The notes beneath the pieces were generated by a model. It did not search any database and had not been told where the DNA came from. It saw only the letters and a list, made by a program, of their open reading frames with translations. 64,000 bases of DNA from Planctomycetota bacterium (lineage in GTDB: Bacteria > Planctomycetota > MHYJ01 > WSZJ01). Shown here piece by piece: positions 17,824 to 26,422 of the stretch (position 1 is its first letter; the number at the start of each line of letters is the position of its first letter). The DNA lies in NCBI GenBank assembly GCA_038060895.1, contig JBBTCT010000009.1, forward strand, positions 304,082-368,081, written 5' to 3'. A program made the translations under genes and the position numbers.

Positions 17824-20814
17824 ATGCGCAGATTCGCCGGACTCATCAGCACGGGGCTCGCCCTGTGCGTTCTCGTCACCGCGCATCTGTACGCGGACGA
17901 CCAGGGCGGGAACGCCAATCGCGTCGTGCTCGAACGCGAGAAGGAGATCGAGAAGCGAGTTAACGACCTGAAGGACAAGATGAAGCGCGTCGCCGATGGG
18001 CTCCAGGAGAAAGAACCCGAGGCGGCCGCGCGGCTCTACGCCGCTGGCCAGGCACTCCAGGGATCGCTTCTTGAGGAAGACATCAGGAAGGTCATCGCCA
18101 ACATCGCCGAGGCCAAGATGGGAACGGCGATCGAGCAGCAGGAAGAGATCGTGAGCGACCTCCAGGTGATTCTCGACATTCTCGAGAACCGGAACAACGA
18201 GGGCGACCTGAAGAAGAAGCTCGAGGCGATCCGGAAATTGATCGCCGAGCTGAAAGGAATCCAGAAGGAACAGAACGACACCACCAAGAAGACCGAAGAG
18301 ATGAACAAAGAGCGGGAGCAGGACACCGCCGAGATGAAGGAGAAGCTCGACGCCGCGATCAAGGAACAGCAGGCGCTCGAGGACACGCTCAAACAAAATG
18401 ACACAGCCGGGATGGAAAAGGACATCGAGGCGGCGAAGAAGGAGCTCGAAGCGCTCAAGGCCGAGCAGGACAAGCTTCAGAACGAGACGAAGGACGCGCA
18501 GTCGAAGGAAGTGCGCGACCTGGCCGACGCGGTCAAGGGCCTGAAGGACGTCATCAAGAAACAGGAAGACGCGATTGCGAAGGCGAAGGCGTCCGCCGAA
18601 GGCGCGCAGACGACGAAGGAAGCGATCGAAGCCATCGAGAAGATCCAGAAAGAACAGGAAGCGATCCAGAAGCGCACGAAGGAAGCCGCCGACGAGGATT
18701 CAGCGCAGAAGATGGGTTCGATCCAGAAAGCGCAGGAGAAGAACTCGAAGGACACGGCGCGCGCCGGCGAGAAGCTGGACGGCATGCCGGAGACAAAGGG
18801 TTCGAACGAGGCGAAGAAGGCGCTCTCCGACGCGAAGAAGGCGATGGACCGGGCTGCCAAGGACCTCGAGGACGAGACGCCCGGCCTCGCGCAGCAGAAC
18901 GAGCAGAAGGCCTCCGACGCGCTCGAGAAGGCGAAGCAGGCCCTGAAGGACGAGATGGCCAATGCCGAGAAGAATCGCGAGCAGGATCTGGCCGACCAGG
19001 CCAAGGCGCAGGGCGATCTGAAGGAAGCGACGCAGAAGCTCGCCGACCAGATGTCCAAGGTCGGTGAGGAATCGGCCAGCAAGCCCACCAAGGACGCCCT
19101 CAAGGAAGCCGGCGAGAAGACCAAGGGTGCTTCCGGCGACATGAAGAAGGCCGAGCAGGAACTGGGCCAGAAGAACCCGTCGGGCGCCAAGTCGAACCAG
19201 GACCAGGCGCTCAGTTCGCTCAACCAGGCGAAGGAGAAGCTGGAGCAGCTCGAGGCCCAGCTTGCGCAGAAGGACGCCAAGGCGATGAGCGAGGTCGCCA
19301 AAAAGCAGCAGAACCTGCAGGACAAGGCGAACGAGCTGGCCAAGCAGCTGCACGAGATGGGGCAGAAGTCCGGCGAGAACGGCGACATGAAGAAGGCCGC
19401 GGACCAGGCTTCCAAGTCGACCAAGAGCGCCAGCCAGGAGATGGGCGACGCTTCCCAGAAGATGAGCGACGGCAAGTCGTCCGAGTCGCAGGACAACCAG
19501 CAGCAGGCGAGCAAAGATCTGCAGAAGGCCGCCGACGCGCTGGACAAGATGAAGAAGGCGCTGGCCGCTTCGAAGGAAGGCCAGGAAAAGAAGGCGAAGG
19601 AAGTCGCCGACAAGCAGGCTGAGCTCGAGAAGAAGATGAAGGACCTGGCCGAGAAGATGGAAGAAGTGGCCAAGAAGAACGCAGACAAGGATCCGCAGGG
19701 CGCCGCTTCGATGAGCAAAGCCGGCCAGAAGACCGACCAGGCTTCCGGCGAGATGAAGAAGGCCGGGAAGCAGATGGAGCAGAAGGACAACGAGAGCGCG
19801 CAGGCGAACCAGGCGCAGGCCAAGAAGGCGCTGGAAGAAGCCAAGAAGGAGCTGGAGAAGCTGAGCCAGCGCGAGTTGACGGAGGAGCAGAAGCGCCGGC
19901 TCGAGCAGTTGAAGGAACGTCAGCGGAAGATCGAAGAGCAGCTGAAAAAGATGCAGGAGAATGCTGCGAAGGTGCCGGAGAAGAAGTCGGCGGCGTCGCT
20001 CGGAGAGGCGTCGAAGTCGGCCGGGCAGACGGGGCAGAGCCAGCAGAAGCAGGATACGCAGAAGTCGCAGGAGGACAGCGAGAAGACGGAAGAAGACATG
20101 CAGAAGGCGCTGGAGGACCTGGAAGAAGCGGAGCGGCAGTACGCGCAGCAGCTGCAGGAAGAGCAGCTCCAGCAGATGGAGAACAAGCTGAGGGAGCTGG
20201 TGGAGAAGCAGCAGCGCATCAACGATGAAACGCGCCGGCTGGATGCGATCAAGGTGAAGGAGGGCGATCTCGACCGCAAAGGCCAGATGGATGTGCGCAA
20301 GATCAAGAACGAGCAGGAAGAGCTGAAGAAGCAGTCGGAGGAAGTCCGGGCCAAGACCGAGGAGGAGAAGTCGACTGTCGCGGAGTGGATCCTCGAGACG
20401 TGCCGTGACGACATGGGGGCCATCGCCGAGGAGCTCGGGAAGCAGGAAGTCGGCGAGTACACGCAGGAACTGCAGCTGGACGTGCTCACGCGGCTGAAGG
20501 AGCTCGTGCAGGCGCTCGAGAAGGAGCGCCAGCGCCGCAAGAAGAAGCAGCAGCAGCAGGGCGGAGGCGGCGGTGGCGGCGGGCCGCTGATCCCGGACGT
20601 GGCCGAGCTCAAGCTCCTGAAGACCATGCAGGTTTCGCTCAAGAAGAAGACGGAGCGCTTCTCGGCCGAATCGACGAAGGAAGCGCACAAGGAGCTGGAT
20701 CCCGTGCAGAAGGCCATTCTTGCCCGGCTCCGTGCGGAGCAGGGGCATATCGCTGAGCTCACCCGTGAATTCACGGACAAAATCAAAGAGAAAATGCAGG
20801 GAGGCGGGAAATAA
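17824..20814 (+). CDS. Secreted very long coiled-coil protein (K/E/Q-rich, DUF4175-like C-terminal repeats)
   Basis: AAGGAG RBS; signal peptide; repeated M..A...L....A..NQ.QA helical units; QQQQGGGGGGGPLIPDVAELKLLK near C-terminus. Confidence 0.75.
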   Translation: MRRFAGLISTGLALCVLVTAHLYADDQGGNANRVVLEREKEIEKRVNDLKDKMKRVADGLQEKEPEAAARLYAAGQALQGSLLEEDIRKVIANIAEAKMGTAIEQQEEIVSDLQVILDILENRNNEGDLKKKLEAIRKLIAELKGIQKEQNDTTKKTEEMNKEREQDTAEMKEKLDAAIKEQQALEDTLKQNDTAGMEKDIEAAKKELEALKAEQDKLQNETKDAQSKEVRDLADAVKGLKDVIKKQEDAIAKAKASAEGAQTTKEAIEAIEKIQKEQEAIQKRTKEAADEDSAQKMGSIQKAQEKNSKDTARAGEKLDGMPETKGSNEAKKALSDAKKAMDRAAKDLEDETPGLAQQNEQKASDALEKAKQALKDEMANAEKNREQDLADQAKAQGDLKEATQKLADQMSKVGEESASKPTKDALKEAGEKTKGASGDMKKAEQELGQKNPSGAKSNQDQALSSLNQAKEKLEQLEAQLAQKDAKAMSEVAKKQQNLQDKANELAKQLHEMGQKSGENGDMKKAADQASKSTKSASQEMGDASQKMSDGKSSESQDNQQQASKDLQKAADALDKMKKALAASKEGQEKKAKEVADKQAELEKKMKDLAEKMEEVAKKNADKDPQGAASMSKAGQKTDQASGEMKKAGKQMEQKDNESAQANQAQAKKALEEAKKELEKLSQRELTEEQKRRLEQLKERQRKIEEQLKKMQENAAKVPEKKSAASLGEASKSAGQTGQSQQKQDTQKSQEDSEKTEEDMQKALEDLEEAERQYAQQLQEEQLQQMENKLRELVEKQQRINDETRRLDAIKVKEGDLDRKGQMDVRKIKNEQEELKKQSEEVRAKTEEEKSTVAEWILETCRDDMGAIAEELGKQEVGEYTQELQLDVLTRLKELVQALEKERQRRKKKQQQQGGGGGGGGPLIPDVAELKLLKTMQVSLKKKTERFSAESTKEAHKELDPVQKAILARLRAEQGHIAELTREFTDKIKEKMQGGGK

Positions 20815-20816
20815 CC

Positions 20817-21530
20817 ATGAACATCATCACGAACGTGCTGCGTTTCGCGACGGCCGGCGCCCTGGCGGCGGCCCTGATGGTCCCGGCGTGGGCGGACGAC
20901 GAGGAATTCCCGGACGGTCCCGCGGCGGAAGGCGAAGAGGCTCTTCCGGGCTCGGACGAGGAGGAGATGGAGGAGGCGGAGATCGACCCGCTGAAGACGC
21001 TCGACGAGATCATCTCGAAGATGAAGGACGCGGAGTCTTCCCTGGCCCAGGCGGGATCGTGGAAGGCGACCGACAAGCAGGGAAACGTCATCGAGGAGAT
21101 CGAGAAGCTGGTGAATGCAAAGGATCTGCAGGACAAGGCGATCCGCGAGATGGAGAAGATTTTCACCGGGTCGAAGGAAGGGCAGGGCCAGGCGGTCGAG
21201 GGGCTGGAGAAACTGATCAAGGCGGCGAAGGAGCAGGAGGGGCAGGGCGAGGGGAAAGAGCAGCAGAAGAAGAAAGAGCAGCAGCAGAAGCAGCCCGGGC
21301 AGCAGAAGCCGAACAAGCCGTCGAACCCGGCGCAGCAGCCCTACAATCCTTCCGGCAATCCGGAGACTGGCGCCCGCGAGCGGACAGGCGAATTGACCGA
21401 ACGGTGGGGAAGCCTTCCTGATAGACTGAGAGACGAAATCAGCCAGGCCGACGACGAGTTCAGGAGCACGAAAGGGACGTATCGCGAGAAGCTGATGGAG
21501 TACAGCCGGCTCCTCGGGGCGTCCGAATAA
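20817..21530 (+). CDS. Secreted hypothetical protein (acidic N-terminus, Q/K linker, WG.LP.R.R...YREKL.EY C-terminus)
   Basis: Signal peptide ending AWA; 2 bp downstream of previous stop; collinear with 21589-22290. Confidence 0.75.
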   Translation: MNIITNVLRFATAGALAAALMVPAWADDEEFPDGPAAEGEEALPGSDEEEMEEAEIDPLKTLDEIISKMKDAESSLAQAGSWKATDKQGNVIEEIEKLVNAKDLQDKAIREMEKIFTGSKEGQGQAVEGLEKLIKAAKEQEGQGEGKEQQKKKEQQQKQPGQQKPNKPSNPAQQPYNPSGNPETGARERTGELTERWGSLPDRLRDEISQADDEFRSTKGTYREKLMEYSRLLGASE

Positions 21531-21588
21531 TAGAGTGAACGAGGTGCACCCGTCGGGCGTCTAACCAGCAGGAATCGGAGGAACGACC

Positions 21589-22290
21589 ATGAGATGGAAC
21601 CTGGTGCTGAGCGGAGTCCTTTCGCTGGGATTGTCGTTCCCGGCCTTTGCGGACCCCGGAGAGGAATTCCCGGAGGGGCCGAAGGGTGAAGAAGAGGCGC
21701 TGCCGGGAAGTGACGAAGAGGAGATGGAAGAGGAACAAATCGATGTGCTGGGCACGCTGGAGACGATCGTCGGCGATATGAAGGATGCTGAAAAGAGCCT
21801 CGCCGACATCAACGGCTGGAAGGCGACGGATGCGCAGGGCAACGCGATCGACGACGTGAAGCGACTGATCGACGCCCAGGACCTGCAGAAGAAGGCGATC
21901 GACGACATGTCCCGTATCTTCGAAGGCGGCAAGAACGAGCAGGAAGCCGCTGTCCAGGGCCTCGAAAAGCTGATCAAGGCCGCGAAGGAAGGCGACTGAG
22001 GGGGCAGCTGCTCCGACAAGAAAACCTCCCAGGCTGGGAGCAAGCAGAAGACGCCGAAGAATGCGAATCCCAAGACTGCCAGCAATCCTGCGACCGCGCC
22101 CTACAACCCGAGCGGATCGCACGACGACACGCCGCTGGTCGACCGCACTTCAGAACTCAAGGATCGCTGGGGAAACCTGCCCGATCGCCTCCGCGACGAG
22201 CTCAGCCAGGCCGACGATGACTTCCGCAACGTCAAGGGCGACTACCGCGAGAAGCTTCTCGAGTACTCGAAGATGTTGAGCCAGGAGTAG
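21589..22290 (+). CDS. Tandem paralog of 20817-21530 with in-frame TGA (21997-21999); candidate selenoprotein, 233 aa (alternative: nonsense pseudogene)
   Basis: Reading through TGA gives GD-U-GGSCSDKK...SNPATAPYNPSG...RWGNLPDRLRDELSQADDDFRNVKGDYREKLLEYSKMLSQE-TAG, matching the paralog C-terminus. Confidence 0.65.
22026..22040 (+). promoter_or_regulatory. Putative bacterial SECIS hairpin
   Basis: CTCCC-AGGCT-GGGAG; loop begins about 31 nt after the TGA. Confidence 0.45.
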
Positions 22291-22311
22291 CAGACCCAGA
22301 AGGCCAGCGCC

Positions 22312-22348
22312 GCCCGCGCGGATCCTTCGGGACTGCGCGGGCTTTTTT
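22312..22348 (+). terminator. Rho-independent terminator
   Basis: GCCCGCGCGG-A-TCC-TTCG-GGA-CTGCGCGGGC followed by TTTTTT. Confidence 0.85.
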
Positions 22349-22374
22349 GCAGGCCGCATTTAAGGAACGCAACA

Positions 22375-23454
22375 GTGTCCCTCTTCGATCGCCGCAGCTT
22401 CCTCACCCGCTCCCTTGGACTCGCCGCCCTGCCGTTCGCGGGGGCCGCTTCACGCGCCCTCGGCGAAGACAAGCCGGCCGAGCCGCCGCCGGTTGAGCGC
22501 AAGAACCTGATCACCGAAGGGCAGATTGCGGCGACGCGGAAGGGGCTGGAGTACCTGCGGAAGGTGCAGGACAGCAAGAAGGGCTCGTGGGGAGGAAGCG
22601 TGCAGGTCGCGGTGACGTCGCTGGCCGGGTGTGCGTTTCTGGCGGAGGGGCACCAACCGGGGCGCGGCAAGTACGGCGAATGTGTGCAGAAGGCGATCAA
22701 TTACATCCTGAACTGCAGCAAGAGTTCGCGTAAGGGATACATCTCGGAGCCGGCGGGGGACCAGTCGCGGATGCACGGCCATGGGTTCGCGTCGATGTTC
22801 CTGGGTGAGGCTTACGGGATGATGAAGATGGACGACGACACCCGGACGAAGATGGAGAGCGCGATCAAGAAGGCGGTCGGGATCATCGCCTACTCTCAGA
22901 CGCAACTCGGCGGATGGGGATATGTGCCGGAGCCGACCTACGACGAGGGCTCGGTCACGGTGGCGGAAGTCATGGCGCTCCGCTCCTGCCGCAATGCCGG
23001 CTTCCAGGTCGACAAGAAAGTGATCGAGAAGGGCATCGGGTACCTCAAGAAGTCGGCCAACCCGGACGGTTCGTTCAAGTACTCCCTTCAGGGAGGAGGC
23101 GGTGGCGGCACGTTCCCGCTCACGGCGGGCGCCGTGGCCTCGATGCAGCTCTTCGGCGAATACGAAGCCAAGGAAGTCAAGAAGGGGCTGGAGTTCCTGA
23201 AGAAGAACCGGCAGAACCAGGTCGGCGGGAACTGGGGCCACAAGTTCTACGGCAACCTGTACTCGACGATGGCGGCGTACTACGCGGGAGGGCAGTTCTG
23301 GGAGGACTGGTTCCCGACGATGCGGGACGAGTACATCAAGACGCAGCAGGGGGACGGCTCCTGGCAGGGAGAATACGACGGCACGTACTGCACCGCGTTC
23401 GCGGTCCTGACGCTGGCCGTTCCTTACCAGTACCTCCCAATTTTTCAGGCTTGA
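22375..23454 (+). CDS. Tat-exported prenyltransferase/squalene-oxidase-repeat protein
   Basis: DRRSFL twin-arginine signal; MHGHGFA, QTQLGGWGY, ANPDGSFKY, QQGDGSW repeats; ends YLPIFQA. Confidence 0.8.
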   Translation: MSLFDRRSFLTRSLGLAALPFAGAASRALGEDKPAEPPPVERKNLITEGQIAATRKGLEYLRKVQDSKKGSWGGSVQVAVTSLAGCAFLAEGHQPGRGKYGECVQKAINYILNCSKSSRKGYISEPAGDQSRMHGHGFASMFLGEAYGMMKMDDDTRTKMESAIKKAVGIIAYSQTQLGGWGYVPEPTYDEGSVTVAEVMALRSCRNAGFQVDKKVIEKGIGYLKKSANPDGSFKYSLQGGGGGGTFPLTAGAVASMQLFGEYEAKEVKKGLEFLKKNRQNQVGGNWGHKFYGNLYSTMAAYYAGGQFWEDWFPTMRDEYIKTQQGDGSWQGEYDGTYCTAFAVLTLAVPYQYLPIFQA

Positions 23455-23475
23455 GAAAAGCCTGGAGACCCATCG

Positions 23476-24717
23476 ATGCTTCCAGCCCGGAGCCTTCTGC
23501 TGTTGTTCCTGGGCGCCTCCTTTGTTTGCGCCGATCCACCGGACCCCGCGAAGGCTCCTTACCCGGCGCGGCGCGAGAGGCTGCAGAAGCACCTGGGAAA
23601 AGGGCTGGCACTTGTGCCGGCGGCTCCCGCCGCGGAGCACTTCCGCCAGGACAATGACTTCTGGTACCTGACCGGGCTTGACTGGCCCGACGCTGTCCTT
23701 GCCATGACCAGGGAGGGGGCGTGGCTCTTCGAAGGAGACGGCACGCGGGCGGCACCGGAAGGCTTCGCGGAAGTCACCCCTGTCAGTCAGCTGAAACTCG
23801 CTGCGGGACGGTACTTCACGGAGGGGCTCTGGATGCCGGGAGGCCGCTACGAGTTCTACTCGACGTTCAACTCGCCGGGCGAGAAGCGGGAGTTCGGCGA
23901 TCCTTTTGGCCAGTCGGAATGGCGCGAGGGCTGGGTGCGGAAGATGAAAGAGAAGCTGGACTATCCGGACGTGCAGGGGCTGGAGTCGCGGCTGGCGCGA
24001 ATGCGGCTGGTGAAAGACGACGTGGAACTGGGGCTCCTGCGACAGGCGCTCAAGATCACGGGGGATTCCCTGATAGCGGCGATGGCGAAGGCGACTCCCG
24101 GGATGAAGGAACGGGAATTCCAGGTGTTGCTGGAGCAGGGATACCTGGACGGGGGAGCGGAGTGGCTTGCGTTTCCGTCCATTGTCGGAAGCGGAATGAA
24201 CGGGACCATGGTGCACTACACGGAAAACGGGGAGCAGCTGGACCGGAACGAGCTGGTCGTGGTGGACACGGGGGCGGAGTTCGGCATGTATGCCGCCGAT
24301 GTGACGCGGACATTTCCTGCTTCCGGCAAATTTACGAAGCGGCAGCGTGAGGTCTACGAAGCGGTGCTGGCCGCGCAAAAGGCGGGGATTGCGGCGATCA
24401 AACCAGGCACGACACTCTTGCAAGTGGACGCCGTGGCCCGCCGGACACTGGACGATCTCGGGTTTGCCGGAAAGATGCCGCATTTGACGGGGCACTGGGT
24501 GGGGATGCAGGTCCATGACGTCGGGAGTTACGCGACGCGGCTGGAGCCGGGAATGGTCGTCACCGTCGAACCGGGCGTGTACCTCGCGGACGAAGGAATC
24601 GGCGTCCGGATCGAGGACGTGTTCGTGGTGACGAAGGACGGCGCGGAGAATCTCTCGGCGTGGATCCCGAAGTCCATCGACGAAATTGAAAAACTCGCGG
24701 GCTCAGCCGTAAAGTGA
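23476..24717 (+). CDS. Xaa-Pro aminopeptidase (M24B family), with signal peptide
   Basis: FRQDNDFWYLTG, DTGAE..YAADVTRT, HLTGHWVGMQVHD, TVEPGVY, GVRIED. Confidence 0.9.
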   Translation: MLPARSLLLLFLGASFVCADPPDPAKAPYPARRERLQKHLGKGLALVPAAPAAEHFRQDNDFWYLTGLDWPDAVLAMTREGAWLFEGDGTRAAPEGFAEVTPVSQLKLAAGRYFTEGLWMPGGRYEFYSTFNSPGEKREFGDPFGQSEWREGWVRKMKEKLDYPDVQGLESRLARMRLVKDDVELGLLRQALKITGDSLIAAMAKATPGMKEREFQVLLEQGYLDGGAEWLAFPSIVGSGMNGTMVHYTENGEQLDRNELVVVDTGAEFGMYAADVTRTFPASGKFTKRQREVYEAVLAAQKAGIAAIKPGTTLLQVDAVARRTLDDLGFAGKMPHLTGHWVGMQVHDVGSYATRLEPGMVVTVEPGVYLADEGIGVRIEDVFVVTKDGAENLSAWIPKSIDEIEKLAGSAVK

Positions 24718-25343
24718 AGATGTCGCGGTGGAGAGTCGGGGCGTTTTTCGCCGCCTGCGCGATGACGGCGCTCGCTCTTCCCGCGGACGCGGCAGTGTCG
24801 CAATGGTTCGAGGCTCACCGTCAGGGCGGGCTGAATGCGGCCGTCCTGGGCACGACCAACGCGTGGACGCTGGGCGCGTTCGTCTGGATCACCTGTGCCG
24901 GGCTGGCGTTCGTGAAGAAATGGCAGCAGTCGCTGATCGTGGGCGCGACGACCGGCGCCTCCCTCGCCATCGGATCGCTCGTGAAAATCGTCGTCAACCG
25001 GGATCGCCCCTACAAGTCGCTCGAGGATTTCGTCGCGCTGACCGTCGCCCACGACGCGTCGTTTCCGAGCAACCACACCAACGGCGCATTCGCAGCAGCC
25101 ATCGTCCTGTCCGCTTTCCTGCCCCGCCTGCGCCCCGCGTTCTACCTGTTCGCAGCCGGGGTCGCGCTCACGCGACTCTATGTCGGCGTCCACTTCTTCT
25201 CCGACGTCTGCGGAGGTATCGCTCTCGCCCTGCTGTCTTCGTCCGTGGCGCTGGGGATTGCAGAAGCGAAGGGGCTGTTGCCCGCGAAGGCGGGGGAGTT
25301 GAAGGAGGAAGTCGGCACGGAAGCGGCGCCGGAGTCGGAATAG
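24714..25343 (+). CDS. PAP2-family membrane phosphatase
   Basis: KIVVNRDRP, SFPSNH, TRLYVGVHFFSDV. Confidence 0.85.
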   Translation: MKMSRWRVGAFFAACAMTALALPADAAVSQWFEAHRQGGLNAAVLGTTNAWTLGAFVWITCAGLAFVKKWQQSLIVGATTGASLAIGSLVKIVVNRDRPYKSLEDFVALTVAHDASFPSNHTNGAFAAAIVLSAFLPRLRPAFYLFAAGVALTRLYVGVHFFSDVCGGIALALLSSSVALGIAEAKGLLPAKAGELKEEVGTEAAPESE

Positions 25344-25396
25344 CCCGCAGGGTCCTGATCGCGCCCCTGAGTTCCTTCCAGTATCATCCGGACCCC

Positions 25397-26422
25397 ATGG
25401 CCGCCCCCCCTTTCCCCCGAATCCCCCTGCGTTTCCGGGAGATCCTGGTCGAGAAGCCCTGGGGCGGACGCCGGCTTGCTGCAGCGTTGGGAAAACCGCT
25501 TCCTGCCAAAAAAAACATCGGTGAGTCCTGGGAAGTCGCCTGCCGCGAAGGCGCGGTTTCCGTGGTGGCCGACGGGCCGTTCAAGGGCAAGTCTCTTCGT
25601 GCCCTGCTGGAGAAGTTTCCCGTCGAAATCCTCGGCCGCGACATCGCCGGAGGGTGGCGCGGGAACTTCCCTCTTCTCGTGAAGATAATCGACGTCGCGT
25701 CCCCGATGTCCATCCAGGTCCACCCGAGCGACGAATTCGCGGCGATTGCGGAGGGAGAAGGCGTCCCCGGCAAGATCGAGGCCTGGATCGTGCTCGCCAC
25801 CGGGCCAAAGGCGCGGCTGTACAAGGGGCTGGTTCCCGGGATGACCCGCGAAAAGTTCTCCGCGGCCCTGGCCAAAGGAGAAGCCGGCAGTTGCATGAAC
25901 GTTTTCCCGCTCTCGGAAGGGGACATCATCCTGATGCCGCCCGGGACCGTTCACGCCGCGGAAGACGTGACGTTCGCCGAATTCCAGCAGAACTCCGACA
26001 CGACTTATCGCCTGTGGGACTGGGGGAGAGGCGGAAGATCGCTTCAGCTCGAGAAGGGTCTCTCGGCGATCGACTGGCACACGACCGGGCTGGCGAAGTG
26101 CAAGTCGGCGGAAGTGCGGGAGAATCTGCGGACGTACGAGATGATGAAAGTGAAGCGCGGAACCGGGAAGGGCAAGAGGGAAGTGCTGGTCTGGTGCGGT
26201 CGGTTCGTCCTCGAGTCGCTCACGCTTGCCGGGAAGGCTTCCTGGTCCGGGGACCCGACGCGGTTTTACGTCTTCATGGCGGTGGAGGGGCAGGGGGAGT
26301 TCGTCGTCGCCGGAAAGTCGCACAAGTGGAAGAAAGGGCAGACGTTCCTGATGCCTGCGGCGCTCGGGGAATACGAAATCAAGACTCGCGGCGGGAGGCT
26401 CCTCTGGTGCTACGTTCCGTGA
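25397..26422 (+). CDS. manA: Mannose-6-phosphate isomerase, class I (cupin)
   Basis: EKPWGGRRL, IGESWE, FPLLVKIID, SIQVHP, GKIEAW, PGTVHA, EFQQNSDTTYRLWDWGR; start ATG 25397. Confidence 0.88.
   Translation: MAAPPFPRIPLRFREILVEKPWGGRRLAAALGKPLPAKKNIGESWEVACREGAVSVVADGPFKGKSLRALLEKFPVEILGRDIAGGWRGNFPLLVKIIDVASPMSIQVHPSDEFAAIAEGEGVPGKIEAWIVLATGPKARLYKGLVPGMTREKFSAALAKGEAGSCMNVFPLSEGDIILMPPGTVHAAEDVTFAEFQQNSDTTYRLWDWGRGGRSLQLEKGLSAIDWHTTGLAKCKSAEVRENLRTYEMMKVKRGTGKGKREVLVWCGRFVLESLTLAGKASWSGDPTRFYVFMAVEGQGEFVVAGKSHKWKKGQTFLMPAALGEYEIKTRGGRLLWCYVP

Noticed and set aside
18036-20786. Long minus-strand ORFs (up to 682 aa) opposite the coiled-coil gene
   Set aside because: Antisense shadows of a K/E/Q-rich gene; L/F/S-rich low-complexity translations with no motifs
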